From Azolla caroliniana (lineage: Eukaryota; Plantae; Polypodiophyta): a stretch of 64,000 nt of DNA. The DNA lies in the NCBI GenBank assembly GCA_043228905.1, contig JBHGNT010000009.1:10416001-10480000 (forward strand), written 5' to 3'. Both the position numbers and the translations under genes were made by a program. The stretch's first letter is position 1. The number at the start of each line of letters is the position of its first letter. Shown piece after piece: positions 1 through 13,300 of the stretch. The notes under the pieces are model-generated. The model searched no databases, was not told where the DNA came from, and worked only from the letters and a program-made list of their open reading frames with translations.

Positions 1-322
1 GATATATTATATATAAATATACACACATAATTAGAAGAAGTCACTTATTCAATGGGGTATGCTTTTTAGAATATGCACAAGGACTCGTGTTACTATTATA
101 CTTGCATTGACAAATATACCCGTCTAAGATTTGGACAAAAACATGGTAGATAGAATATACGTCGGATGATTTTGTTGACGTGATATTAGTTAGTTCTATT
201 TTTCACTATGTTTTCATAAACCACATATGCATACGTCGTGCCTTTTTGAAATTCTACTTAAATAAGGCATTTTTTAACATCTCACTAAGATATGAAAAAG
301 AGAATGCGACATATTACCTGTT

Positions 323-685
323 TCAAATGACCTGGTGTTTCATGTTGCCATCATTTATCTTCTTCATCTTGTTGGTTGTGCATGCCTGTGCCAAAGGCTG
401 AAAGAAGTTTCCATAGACATGCTCAGGGGAATATGAAGCATCTTCATGGTCATGGTAATCATCATGCAGGGAAAGGATGTGGCCATGCCACTCCCACACG
501 CGTTGCCCCGTGGAGGCATCGTCATGGAATGAGACACATACATGGTGGCCAACGATGGGGACAGATTTCCCCAAGTTAGGTTGAAGTAGGGTTTCGAACT
601 CTTCGGAAACAATGAGTTGGACGACCTTGGCCTCCAAGGCTGCTCCGAGGCGGGCCACCTTGGCACGACCACTGGAGGAGGAGGA
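323..685 (-). pseudogene. Probable host-gene remnant (uncharacterised plant-type protein), 5' part cut off by an LTR
   Basis: Non-TE-like ORF ...VGHHVCVSF...RVWEWHGH...YSPEHVYGNFF, reminiscent of a conserved land-plant uncharacterised protein (from memory, unverified). The predicted start lies inside the LTR beginning at 686. Confidence 0.45.
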
Positions 686-1127
686 TGTCAGGATCAATAC
701 TAAGACAGAGAAGGAATTAGTACTAAAAGATGAGGATTAGTACTAAGAGAGGTGTAGAACTCTCAAGAGAAGGAAAGAGTGAGCGAGAGAGAGAGATAGA
801 GAGAGAGAAAGGGTGCTCAAGAGAATGCTGATAAAAGATATATATTATGTGAAGAGAGTATACAATAGTAGCTAGGAGGCTTAAGACTGGCGTTGAACCA
901 ATTTGGTTCGAAATAATGCCTTGTGCCTCATTTTATAGTGTTCTCAGGAGTACTCCTGAAGTTTCTAGAATGTTCCAGAGAAATATGGAATATACATCAA
1001 TTTTCTATAATAAAACATAAATGAAAATAATATTCTACGTATTACAATTTGTGTTCTAATGGTCATGAGCTCGACCCATGTAGCATAAGGTCATGGGTTC
1101 GAGTCTTGTCATAAGATCATCATGACA
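686..1127 (-). mobile_element. Solo LTR of the Tcn1-like chromovirus family
   Basis: TGTCA...TGACA termini; homologous to LTRs at 15365-15757, 20511-20934 and (inverted) 22714-23173. Flanks GAGGA/CATGC, so no TSD. Confidence 0.85.
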
Positions 1128-1739
1128 CATGCAAGATGAAATGGATTCCTTGCATGAGAACCATATATGAATTGACCGAGCTGCCGGAAGAAAGAAGGTG
1201 CTTCGTAATAAGTGGGTATACAAACTGAAGCCGAGAGAAAGTGGGAATCCACCAAGATACAAAGCCCGAATCGTCGTGAAAGGATTTCAAGAGAAGAAGG
1301 GTGTGGATTTAGATGAGATATTTGCCCTAGTGGTGAAAATGACATCCAACCAAATGGTGCTGAGCATAACGGCTAACGTGGATCTCGAAGTCGAGCAATT
1401 GGATGTCAAGATGACATTTCTGCACGGTGATCTCGAAGAAAGGTAAAGAAAACCTGATATGCCGATTGAGAAAGAGCTTGTATGAGCTAAAACAGGCACC
1501 TCAACAATGGTACCGAAAATTTGAATCATTCATGACTGACAACGGGTATTACAAAACGCAGGCCGATCACTGTGTGTTTGTGAAGAAGTTCAATGGAGGA
1601 GATTTCCTCATCCTCCTGTTGTACGTGGATGACATGCTGATGAGCCCCATAAGGGGGGAAACTAATTTGCTCGTGGCCATTCCCATTTCCCCTATCTCAT
1701 TGTAAACCCTCTCTTAATGAAAATTAGTTTTGCAATTAA

Positions 1740-1774
<35 letters not shown>

Positions 1775-1854
1775 CTTGTGGGTATGTTTTAATCTTTTTT
1801 TAGTGTTTTAATCTTATGTAGATTTTATTATTAGTGTTTGATTCCTCATCTATG

Positions 1855-1949
1855 TCTCCCCTCCCCCTATCTCTTCTAATCCTCGCTTTCACCAAGTTAT
1901 GGTCTCCCCTCCCCCTATCTCTTCTAATCCTCGCTTTCACCAAGTTATG
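1855..1949. repeat. Two tandem copies of a 48-bp unit
   Basis: TCTCCCCTCCCCCTATCTCTTCTAATCCTCGCTTTCACCAAGTTATG at 1855 and 1903. Confidence 0.9.
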
Positions 1950-2112
1950 TCTATGATTGGTGCGCTCAAATCGTCCTTGGTGGTTTCGTCTCCCTCTCCC
2001 CTCCATAGCCACTCCTTTCCCCTCTCGGCCTATCTACAACCCACCGATGTCTTCATCGTTCTGCACTCCTTGTACCGACCGGAAGGTCAACAAAAATACA
2101 TGAAGAGATAAT

Positions 2113-2939
2113 GGTTGTTTACATACCCATATTTAACGTTTAAATACGTATAGTACCTCATAATTTGTATACTACGTACTATACCTCAATGTTGTTCAGT
2201 CAAATATCATGTACATTTGTCCAATACTGTATTTAACGTATTTATAAAAAAATAGGTATAATATGTATTTATAAAGAAAATGTAAGTAAAACCCCAACAA
2301 AAACCAAAAGAAAAAAAAGATTTTAGTGAAAAAGAAACCAAAGGAAGGAAGAAAGAAGAATAGAAGAGATGACAATGAAGAAGATGAAGAAGATGAAGAA
2401 GATGAAGAAGAAGAAGAAGAGAGAAAAGAAGACATAAAACTGTCTTGGTTCTGAGTGTGATAATAACAGAAGATAGAAGAAGAAGACGAGAAAAGAGAAA
2501 CCTATCATGATTGTGATAATTGTAGACGATTCCTCAATCTATGAAGGAATAATTGTAAATAATTACAATTTGAAGTAGAACATTGTGATACACACTTACA
2601 CTGATTTATAGAATAAGGGAATGTCGACATTCATATTACTACAAGTATTTTAGGATGTGAAATGTTTAAATGTCTTATATGCATTTTAGGATGTAGAACT
2701 ATATTGTACATCACAAAATTGTGTAAACATAGATGTTTTTTACAATATTATAGATATTAGGTAGATAATTTTCAAATTCTAGAAGTATTTAACGTACTAT
2801 ACGTAAAATACGTATCTTACGTATTTTATAAGTATTTAACATATTAAGAAAACATATTTAACATATTTTTAAATTTGGAGGTACTATACGCATATTAATA
2901 CGTTAGATACGTATGGTATTCGTACTGTACCTAACAAAC
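2113..2939. mobile_element. Putative non-autonomous TIR element (MITE-like), AT-rich
   Basis: Imperfect terminal inverted repeats: CGTATAGTACCTC near 2147-2159 vs GAGGTACTATACG near 2878-2890; ends GGTTGTTT / AACAAAC. Internal TTTAACGTA-type motifs. Copia RT resumes just after it. Confidence 0.45.
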
Positions 2940-3905
2940 TTGGATGGGACCATATGAATATCCGAGTGCGGAAGAAGGCCTTGAGTAGGTCGTTCTCGAT
3001 GAAAGATATGGGTCCGGCAAAACAAAACTTGGGAATGCACATTGTTCAGGATCAAACAAAGAACTTGTTATGGTTATCATAGGAGAAATACGTGACAAAA
3101 GTGCTCTAGAGATTTGGCATGGAAAGTGCGAAACCGGTCGGCTCGATACTGCTGACAAACTGCAAACTAAGCAAAGACCAATGTCCGAAATCGAAAACTG
3201 AGAAGGCCGAGATGTCAAAAGTCCCTTATACCTGGACGGTTGGAAGCCCGATGTACGCAATGGTATGTACTAGGCCAGACATAGGATATGCAGTTGGAGT
3301 GGTCAGCCGATATATGAGCAATCCGGGCGGAGAGCATTGGGCTGTTGTGAAGTGGATACTTTGGTACCTGAGAGGCACCTCGAGCGTGTGTCTTCGATTC
3401 GGCTCGGGTAACCCCACAATGGAAGGTTACATGGATTCGGACATGTCAGCTGATGCAGATACCAACCGATCCACGTCTGGATACGTGATGACTTATGCAG
3501 GGGGAGCTGTTTCGTGGCAGTCGAGGCTGCATAAGGCTGTGGCACTGTCAACCACGGAAGCCGAGTATATGGCCAAAACGGAAGCCGACAAGGAAATAAC
3601 ATGGATGAAGGAGTTTATTGGTGAGCTAGGAATTCGGCAAGAAGAATTTCGACTCTACTGCGATAATGAGAGTGCCATCCATCTTGCCAAGAATGCCGCC
3701 TACCACTTGAGGACCAAGCACATCCAGAGGAGATACCATTGGCTCCGAGAGTGAGTAGAAGAGATGGAATTTATTTTGATGAAGATCCACACAACCGAGA
3801 ATGGATCAGATATGTTGACGAAGGTGTTGTCAGCCGAAAAGCTAAATGCGTGCCGACAGAGAGTCGGTTTGGTGAAGTACCCCATGTCGGAGTGAAGGGG
3901 GAGTT

Positions 3906-4479
3906 TGTTGGGGAACATGTCTCTCTGGATGGGAAGAGAAGAGCCGAGTTGATGAGTAACTCGACCGAGCCTAAAACTGAAATCAAGGATATAGCCAACT
4001 TGGGAGACTATATTTGTAAATAGTCATAATGTGCCCCATGTGGGCTATGTATGTAAATAGCCATAAAGTTGTATAAGTATAAACACAACTAGGGCAAACC
4101 TTAGTGAGGTGTAGTAGATCATTGTTGTATGATTAGGTTGTGAGTTACAAGAAGGTAGTGGCCTCTATAACTGTGTAAGACAGAGAGAGAGAGAGTGAGG
4201 GTGTAACTTTATAGCCATCTGTCAGACAAAGGTGAACTCGAGGTCGTTGCCTCCAAGTTTCTCATTGTACTTCTCCTCTACCATAGGGATCTATTTTGGA
4301 TTTTGTGGACTCCACGTGGTTTTTTCCCAGTTCGGGTTTCCACGTTAAATATCTGTGTCTTTGTCATTTCAGTTTTCCTTCGTTTTCTACCCCTCGTTTC
4401 TGTTTGTGCATTGCCTTGCTCGTTTTTTGTACACCTGAATGCATACGTTAAACCGGCTGTGGTTGGTTGATTCTCAATA
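3906..4479 (+). repeat. 3' LTR of the Tork-like copia
   Basis: Follows the PPT, starts TGTTG, and shares the U5 motif GTGGTTTTTTCCC...GGGTTTCCACGTTAA with the other Tork-like LTRs. Right end is approximate. Confidence 0.75.
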
Positions 4480-4876
4480 GGAAGCAACCGTGCCCCGGAG
4501 TCCGTCGTGACATGGAACGAGCAACAGTTCGCCCCCGTCACGAACCAGGAAACAAACAAATGATCAAGCAGTCCCCAACCCAAACACTGTTGATTGGATC
4601 GAAAGGATGGTCGGGGTTTGGCAAAAGACACAACCCCACAACCTGCCACAGAAGTATCGACTGAGGCAGAGCCCACGTAGGTTGTCGAAGAAATTCTGCG
4701 GTCTCAATCAACTTTGACCTGGAATACGGAGAGAGACAAAGGCATTCTCATGCCAGAAAATGTCGTGATGGCCTACCCGGAGATGGCAGCTGTAGCCCAT
4801 GAGTTCGCAAGGTTGTTACGATTTGGCACATTGTGAAAGATTGCTTGCGGAAGCGTTAGAAAGAACAATACACAAA

Positions 4877-4896
4877 GAGAGAGAGAGAGTACGGGG

Positions 4897-4986
<90 letters not shown>
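4877..4986. repeat. (GA)n microsatellite inside the LTR
   Basis: Long GA run, about 46 bp longer than in the partner LTR (502 vs 456 bp). Confidence 0.95.
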
Positions 4987-5737
4987 AGGACACACTATTC
5001 TTCAAAATTATATGAATACTCTGTGCTCTGTGTTCTTTTTTGTTTACAACGCGCTCATCAGTGCTATTTATACAAGTCCACACGGGACTATTAGAAGTAC
5101 GGTGTACTTCAATGCTCACACGAGCATCTGACACTAATTCCGAGACTATAACTGCCTAGTAGTCTAACCTATACTAGGCTTCCGGTTACGGATTGGATCC
5201 GGCATACCGGCTCCCTAGCTCACCGGTCCTTACTGCTTACCGGCTCGGTTGCTCACCGGCATACCGATTCATCTCGCTTACCGGTTCAGGCTTATTTAGC
5301 CGATCCGGCTCCGGTTGAGCTTGCCGCTCAACACTCCCCCTCAAGCTCAACCTGGGGTAGGGTCGTAGTGTCAACCTCTGTGGCAGCTGATTCTTCCAAC
5401 CGACTTCTCTTGGTGTCGCTTCGCCTTGCTCGCGCTCCTTGTCCAGTCCGGTTCCGTTTGCCGCGACCCCTTTGGTTCTACGCGCCTCGACCTTCGGCAT
5501 GTCTGCTCAATAGGCCCATCTCAGCTCCTTCGATGCTATGAATCCGGCGCTTGCCGATCCGTCGGTTCCTCCGCGATGGCATCAACTTCCGCTGCGTCCG
5601 TGTCTCCTTGGCCTCTTCAGCCGGTTCACCGAAGTCAAATTCTTCATTCGACTCCGCATCATGGCCATTACGATCGTGATGACCTCCGCATAGCATGCAC
5701 TTCTCATCCTGAGTGTACACTTCTTCTTCACAGCCGC

Positions 5738-8700
5738 TCACTCCGACCTGTCGGATGTGCCGACTTCCTTTGTCGACTCGGCTTCATTTTTCTTCTTGTC
5801 TCCACCTCTACTGGTTCTTCTCTTACCTACGGGTTCAATAGTTTTTTTGCCTTTGCCTGTTCCGGTAGTGTCTTTGCCCTTGAGTCTCCCCCTCAAGTGC
5901 GGCACGTCAAGATGCTGAACACCAAGCATTTCGGTAAAGTGCCGCAACTTGTCCGACCCGAGCGGCTTGGTGAAGATGTCGACAACTTGCCGATTCGTGT
6001 GAACATACCGTAGTTCAACTTCACTGCTCGGGACCCGCTCACGCACGAAGTGATAATGCACTTCTATGTGCTTTGTGCGAGCATGGAACATATGGTTCTT
6101 GGCGAGCTGCATGCTGCTGAGGTTATCGCAGTAGATCAGGATCGGGGTTGGTACCCCGATCCGCAGGTCTTGCAGTAGTCGCCAAAGCCAAATGGCTTCG
6201 CAGGTGGCAACGGTCACGCCTCGGTATTCAGCCTCAGTGCTGGATAGAGCCACTGTTGGTTGATTTTTGCTGCTCCACGCAACAACCGCGCTCCCAAGAG
6301 AAAACATAAAGCCAGAAGTTGAGCGACGATCTGTTGCATCGCCAACCCAGTCAGCATCCGTGTGGCCGACAAGCTCTTCGGTTATACCTTGCTGGTATAA
6401 GAGCCCCCGGTCCTTAGTGCCGCTTACATACCTCAGTATTCGTTGGGCGCACTGAAGGTGCTCCACGGTCGGCTTCTGCATGAATTGGCTTACCACTCCG
6501 ACTGGATAGCTAATGTCGGGTCGGGTGATGGTCAAGTAGATCAGGCTTCCGACTATTTGTTGGAACCGTTTCTCATTGCAGGCTAGTCTGGAGTTGGGAC
6601 GGATCTTCTGATTCCGGTCCAGGGGTGTGGAGACAGGTCGACATTCCGTCATGTCGAACTTGTACAATATATTCAACGCATAATGGCGTTGAGAAAGCAA
6701 TATGCCGTTGGGGGTGCGGATCACCTCGATCCCCAAAAAATAATGAAGGTCCCCCAAGTCCTTCATATCGAATGCATCCGACAACTGGGACTTGACGCGG
6801 TTGATTTCCGGAAGACCTGGGCCGGTGATGACTAAATCATCAACATAGAGTAAGATACATACCAGACTGTTTGAGCCTTGATGGATGAACAGGGAAGAGT
6901 CCGACTTAGAGGCAACAAACCCCATCTTTCGCAACCGGTGCGTGATCTTAACATTCCAAGCACGGGGGGCTTGCTTCAAGCCGTACAACGACTTCCTCAG
7001 CCGGCATACCGTCGACTTGTTCACCTCCGACTGAAATCCGGGGGGCTGAGTCATAAAGACTTCTTCTTCAAGATCTCCTTGAAGGAAGGCATTCTTCACA
7101 TCCATCTGATGAAGATGCCACCCCCTTGCCGCGGCAACCGCCAGTACCACACGAACCGTCGTCATCTTCACTACAGAAGCGAAGGTCTCATCGTAGTCGA
7201 TTCTGTGGGTCTGCACATATCCCTTCGCCACTAACCAGGCCTTGTACCGGTTAACTATTTGTACACCCACTTGCATCCGATCGGTTTACAATGACGAGGA
7301 GGATCAACCAGGTCCCAAGTTCCGTTGGCATCAAGTGCCCGCATTTCTTCCTCCATAGCGGCACGCCAATTTGCGTCCTTTGCCGCTTCTGCGTAGCTCT
7401 CCGGCTCACGCACTTCCGCGACCTTGGTCATGTAGGCATAATGATGCGCCATGTACTCGTTATACCCGTACCGTTTAACGGGATCCTTCTGGCGGGTGGA
7501 CCGGCGTAACTCACCGTTACCAAGTATGAGACCCTTCTTGGCCGGTTCGGTCTTCGTTCTCGAAGATCTGCCTATGTCCTTGCCGAAGTAAGATACGCAC
7601 CGATCCAACTCATCATTACCGGTCTCGAATTCCGGCATCTTCTGCTTCCCTTTCTCTTTGCATGTGAACCGTCTCCTCGGTTCCTTGCATGGGGAGAGCA
7701 CGACAGAGTCTCCACTACTCGCCGTCTCATCATCCGACTGGTTGGACTGATCCAGTCTCTCATTCTGTCCGCTTAACCGGAACAATTCCGGACTCTCATC
7801 TTGAGTCCCGACTTCATCTTCCTCTACCTGGGCCGGTTCGGGCTCACTAGCCCCATCCTCCGACATCGGGTCGGGATCGGAAGTCGGAGTCGGTAAGGAA
7901 TACCACGATGCCGATTCATCAAACTCGACATCTCGGCTGACTCGGACCTGCTTCATCCGGGGGTTATAACACTTATACCCTTTTTGCTCTTGAGCATTTT
8001 TCCGATTTTGCATCCAGCTTTCTCCGCTTCTCATTAGGCACATGTACATAGGCTATGCTGCCGAATATCCGGAGGTGTCTCAAATTCGGCTTGCGCCCGA
8101 AATACAGCTCGGGAGCTGACACCTTGTCCCCGATCCGGTTCTGGATGTAAACGACTATTTGGACCGCCTCCACCCAGTAGAACTTGGGCATGCTCTTTTC
8201 CTCCAGCATTGCCCTAGCCGCGTCAATCAGCGACCGATTCTTCCTTTCGGCCACACTGTTTTGTTGTAGTGTGTATCTGCAGCTGAATTCTCGCCGAATT
8301 CCTTTTTGTTGCAGATAACTGTTGAATTGGCCGGAAAAGTACTCTTTTCCGCCATCCGACCATAGGCATTTGATCTTCCTCTCCGATTCCCGTTCCACCA
8401 TCTTCTGGAGACTCCGGAAACACTCGAAGACTTCGCTCTTCCGCTCAATGAGGTAGATCCACGTATGCCGCGTGTAGTCGTCGATGAAGGAGACGAAATA
8501 TCGACTCCCGCCAATGCTAACATTTTGTGCCGGTCCCCACACATCCGAAAGGATAAGATCGAGCTTGTTACGGCTTCGATTTCTTTCGGTGGGAAATGGA
8601 AGCTGGTGTTGCTTCCCGAGTTGGTAGGCTTCACAAATTTGGGCTCTCCGGCCACTAAACTTCGGCAAACCGAAAACGACTTGTTCCGTTTGTAGGTCTT

Positions 8701-10135
8701 GAAGCCTCTAGTATTTGACGTGGCCGATCCGCTTGTGCCACAAGTCGATATCCGACTCGACCTTCTGTCCTTTGGCGAACAGTGCGGTGCCGACGTCATT
8801 GGTGTTGAGGATAAACATCCTCCCATCTCTGCGCCCTTGCGCAATAACTTCGCTCTCATCCTCAATGAAGCACCCGAGGTGCGTAAACCGCACCTGCATC
8901 CCCTGGTCGACGATCTGTCCGGCCGACACCATGTTCTTCGTGATCGTCGGAACATGTAATACATTCATCAGCTTCCCCCTCTGTCCGACGTGGCTCAAAG
9001 GGACTTCTCCGACGTGCATGATCGGGTGGGGAGTGTCGTCTCCGGTTTCAACAACTCCCGGTTGATCCGGCTTCTCCAAAAAGGAGAACCACTCCTTGTG
9101 GCTCGTCATGTGGTTCGATGCGCTGGAGTCAACGTACCACACTTCCTCCGATTTGGAAGTGGTCTTCTTCATTGAGTTCGCCTTGTGCTTCATCACCAAG
9201 GCTGGCCCCTTACCGTTCTTGGATCCTCCCAATCCGTTTGCGTAGTGCGAGCTTTGCCGGCCTTCCTTACCGGTCTTGCCGGATCCGGATTTGTCCGAAT
9301 CGGCACGCTTTCTCCAGCACTCGCTTTCCCTATGGCCCTTTTTGCCACAGTACCAGCATTCCGTAGCGGATTTTTCTTGCCGGCCTCCGGCACCACCTTG
9401 ACTCCCCCTGCTTGTGGAAGTCCCGGAACTGTTGTCGGCATGCTCACTGTGCCTTCGTTCCTACTCTTGCCGGCCGCCTCCATTGCGTGCTGACCTGCCT
9501 CGTCCACCACGCCCGTGGGACCGATCCGCTCCCGTGTACAACATCCGGCTGTTTGGGGATGCACTGGTAGATGCACCGGCGTGGTTCTCCTCTACAAGGA
9601 GCATCGACTGTAAGTCAAAAAATGAGGGCGTATTCTCCCTTGTACAAACCGCAGTCTGGAAAGCTCCGAACTTGGATGCCAGGCCTCCAAGAAAAACCTG
9701 CACCATCTTGTCTTCCTCTACGGTGACGTTAATAGAGGCAAGCGAGTCACATATCCCTTTGATCCAGTCTGTGTAATCTGCCACCGACATGTTCTTCTGT
9801 TGAACATTGCTCAACTCCTGTCTGAGTTGCAGCTTCCGGGCAGTGGTGCTTGCGACGAAGACCTTTTTCAAGTTTCCCCAAGCATCCTTCGATGTCTTGG
9901 TGTCATGGATATGGCTGAGCAGCTGGTCACCGACACTGGACGCGAAGCAGTACATCACCCTGCTTGCCACCTGTTCCCACACTGGGAAGTCCTTGTGTGT
10001 TGTCTTCGGTGCTGATTCGTTCACTCCGTCGACATATCTCCAGTAGCCATGCCCAAGCAAGTACTGGTGCATCTTGTATGACCAAGATGCGTAGTTGGTT
10101 CTGTCGAGCTTCTCCATTGGGAGCGACGTAGCCAT
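5738..10135 (-). pseudogene. gag-pol of the Bryco-like copia (Gag, PR, INT, RT, RNase H), with stops and frameshifts
   Basis: EKLDRTNYASWSYKMHQYLLGHGYW, WYVDSSASNHMT, LWHKRIGH, SDVWGP, LLYVDDL, ARTKHIEVHYHFVRE. Confidence 0.93.
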
Positions 10136-10307
10136 ACCTTTGTCCATTTCTCCTTTTGTGTTTGTTTTCCGATCTATTAGGGTTTCCTTCACAAGCGTAG
10201 ATGTCTGCAGTAGAGGTTCTCAACCCACACGCTTTGATACCATGTGAAAGATTGCTTGCAGAAGCGTTAGAAAGAACAATACACAAAGAGAGAGAGAGAG
10301 AGTACGC

Positions 10308-10353
<46 letters not shown>

Positions 10354-13300
10354 GACACACTATTCTTCAAAATTATATGAATACTCTATGCTCTGTGTTC
10401 TTTTTTGTTTACAACGCGCTCATCAACGCTATTTATACAAGTCCACACGGGACTGTTAGAAGTACGGTGTACTTCAATGCTCACACGAGCATCTGACACT
10501 AACTCTGAGACTATAACTGCCTAGTAGTCTAACCTATACTAGGCTTCCGGTTACGGATTGGATTCGGCATACCGGCTCCCCAGCTCACCGGTCCTTACTG
10601 CTTACCGGCTCGGTTGCTCACCGGCATACCGATTCATCTCGCTTACCGGCTCAGGCTTATTCAGCCGATCCGGCTCCGGTTGAGCTTGCCGCTCAACATC
10701 ATTCGAAATCATGGAGTTCTTGGCTTTGCAACAAATTAAGGTCTTGCAATGCATGGCGGAGGAACATGCGGAAAGACAGATGATCGAGCTCTCTCTAGCA
10801 AGACTAGCGGAAAGAGAAGATGAGCACCCTTTGAGCAAAATCGGCCTTATGAGGAATGCAAACGAAGGCCGTGTCGGAATTGAGCTTCTGCCATTGAATA
10901 CCGCCTTAGTCGAGGTTCATAGGGAGTTAGCCATAGTGCGGGTCGGAGCCAAAGATATGGTTTGCAAAAACAAGACCGCAAAAAATTACACCAAGCAACA
11001 GCTTGAAGAGGCCCAGAAGACGATCACGACTTGGATCGCGGACTTGGGGCACCGACTACAGGAAGCAACAGCCTCAACCAACACTGTAGCTTCCCCCACA
11101 CCCGAAATACGAAGACTCATTCAAGAGGTCGAAGCCTAGACGATGATAGTAGCAAAAGCAAAAAGAGCGGTGGAACTCGCCGAGATGGAAATAGAGCGAC
11201 TCTGATCTGAGCTTCGCCAATCGTTGGATCAGGAAACTGACGTTCGAGGAAAGACAAGGAAAGGCGTGAAAACGATACAAGAAAAGTTGGATGCCAAAAT
11301 TTCGGCCCACCAACAAACCATCAAAGTGCTCAATAAACAGATGGAAGCAGTCGGCCAAGCCGAAGGTATCATCAAGGCATTGCACGAGGTTGTGCAAAAG
11401 AAGCGCTGATGGTACGATGAGCAGATCGAAATTGAGCGCCAAATTACAAGAGAAGTCAAAGAACGCTTGAATAAGGAATTGGGTTGGCTAGAAGAATTGC
11501 AAAAAAAGAGTTGAAGCTTTGGTAGGAGGTAAAATCACGGTACGAAATGTAGGCGGCCTCCAACACTAGCAAAATCACAAATCTCAAGATGGCCATCCAA
11601 GAAATGAGGATGAAAACTGAGAGAACCAAAGTCCTACTATTGACAAACAAGGAGAGATTCAACCACTAGCTCCAGGGAGCACTAGACCAGGGCTCGGTTG
11701 AATGGGCAAAGCAGGCAATGGAGCTCATACCTACTGGGCTGACCAGGAGAATCGGCAAGAAGATGGTAAAGGCATTTATAAACTAAAGAAAGGAAGCATC
11801 ACCATGGTCCATGAGGACCTTGCACACGACTATCAAGCCATGGCCGACCGTTAGTCCGAAGAAATCGCGTAATTATTAGAAGAGTTCGGTGACAGCCAGA
11901 TCAAGACCTCACTTGAATTCTAGGTGTACGAGAATGAACGAAAACAGACAGAGCAAGGGGAAGGGTCGGAAACCGTCGTGCTCCCCAGTAGCGACTCCGG
12001 CGAGCACACATTGGAAGACCACAAGCGACTGGACGACGAAATCCCGGAAGTCACCATGATGCCGAATGGAGACGCATCTGGAACCCATCGATGCCACGAC
12101 GGAAGAAAGGCCCGCCAAATCCACAACAGAACTGCATGAGGAGCCCCTCGACAACCAACCCTTGACCATCCACGAAGAGGAAGGCATGCAACTTGAGCAG
12201 ACGAAAGAGGCTGAACCAGCGCTAGGAGAGACACCCAAACCAACAACCGAACTAGAGCTGTCAGAGCCAACTGCCCCCCCGAACCAGAGCCGATGACGCA
12301 GACCACGAAACCCCCCGCCACACCCATGATAGTTCCTACTAAGACGTGTTACGAAGGCACTACGACTCTTCTTAGTGCGCAACGGATCATGATGTGCTGG
12401 ATCATGTAGTGTTCAAGAGAGAAAGAAGGGAGGAAGCAGACTCACCTCTGTAGCAGCCCAAAATCGTTCTGTTTCATTACACAGAGAAAAAACCTCTCTC
12501 GTTTGTTTTCTTACTTTTCTTTCTTACTTCACTCTCCTACTTACTCTTACTTTTTTTCCTAAGTATATAAGTGACTTACATATTCAGCTAAATTGCTATG
12601 AGTAGCTAAATAACTGTTTTACCTATATGTGTAATAGTAGCTAATTTCCTAATAGTTACTATAGAAGATCTGAATTACCAATAAGCATCACATGCTTTTG
12701 TTGAGCTTGTTTCTTAAGAGTCCCCCTCAAGCTCAACTTATCCATTCTTGAGATCATCTTCAGACTTCTTTCCTTCATGCTTTCCAGCTATCATACCCAT
12801 GCTTATAACTCCCATCATGTCCTTGAACTGTGTATGTTTTTCTATGCTTAGTCCCTTTGTACAAATATCAACAACTTGCTGATTTGTACTTACATACAAC
12901 AGATCCACTTCTCCATCAATCACTTTTTCTCTAACAAAGTGATAATGCACTTCAATGGGCTCTGTTCTTGCATGGAACACTGGGTTTTTTGCGAGCTAAA
13001 TAATACTCATATTGTCACACCAAATTGTGACTGCACCATCTATATACTCTCCCAAATCAGCAAGCAATCTTCTGATCCATACTTCTTGACATGTAGCAAT
13101 TGCAGCTCCTCTATATTCAGCTTCAATACTTGATAACGCAACAATAGCTTGTTTCTTGCTACTCCATGAAATAGCTGTAGTTCCCAATGTAAACATATAT
13201 CCACTCGTGGATCTTCTATCAGTTTGGCTTCTAGCCCAATCAACATCTGTATGTCCAGATCAGCCCTGTAAAACAATCCATAGTTTTGAGTAGCTTTTAC

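Larger units (their letters stand above)
1128..4479 (+). mobile_element. 3' half of a Tork/Tnt1-like Ty1/copia (RT, RNase H, PPT, 3' LTR), interrupted at about 1642-2939
   Basis: KARIVVKGFQ, LDVK..FLHGDLEE, LLYVDDML, RSTSGY, ALSTTEAEY, RTKHIQRRYHW. PPT GTGAAGGGGGAG near 3892-3903, then TGTTG at 3906. Contains stops and frameshifts. Confidence 0.9.
4832..10698 (-). mobile_element. Full-length Ty1/copia, Bryco-like
   Basis: LTRs 4832-5333 and 10243-10698, near-identical except (GA)n length. PBS TGGTATCAAAGC (tRNA-iMet) 10231-10242; PPT near 5334-5346. TSD not clean (CACAT/TCATT). Confidence 0.95.

Noticed and set aside
2196-2508. Ser/Phe-rich short ORFs
   Set aside because: Antisense of a GAA-rich tract.
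4799-5134. ERERER / SLSLSL ORFs
   Set aside because: Translation of the (GA)n microsatellite in an LTR.
4827-10703. 5-bp TSD for the Bryco-like element
   Set aside because: Flanks CACAT and TCATT do not match without assuming extra mutations.
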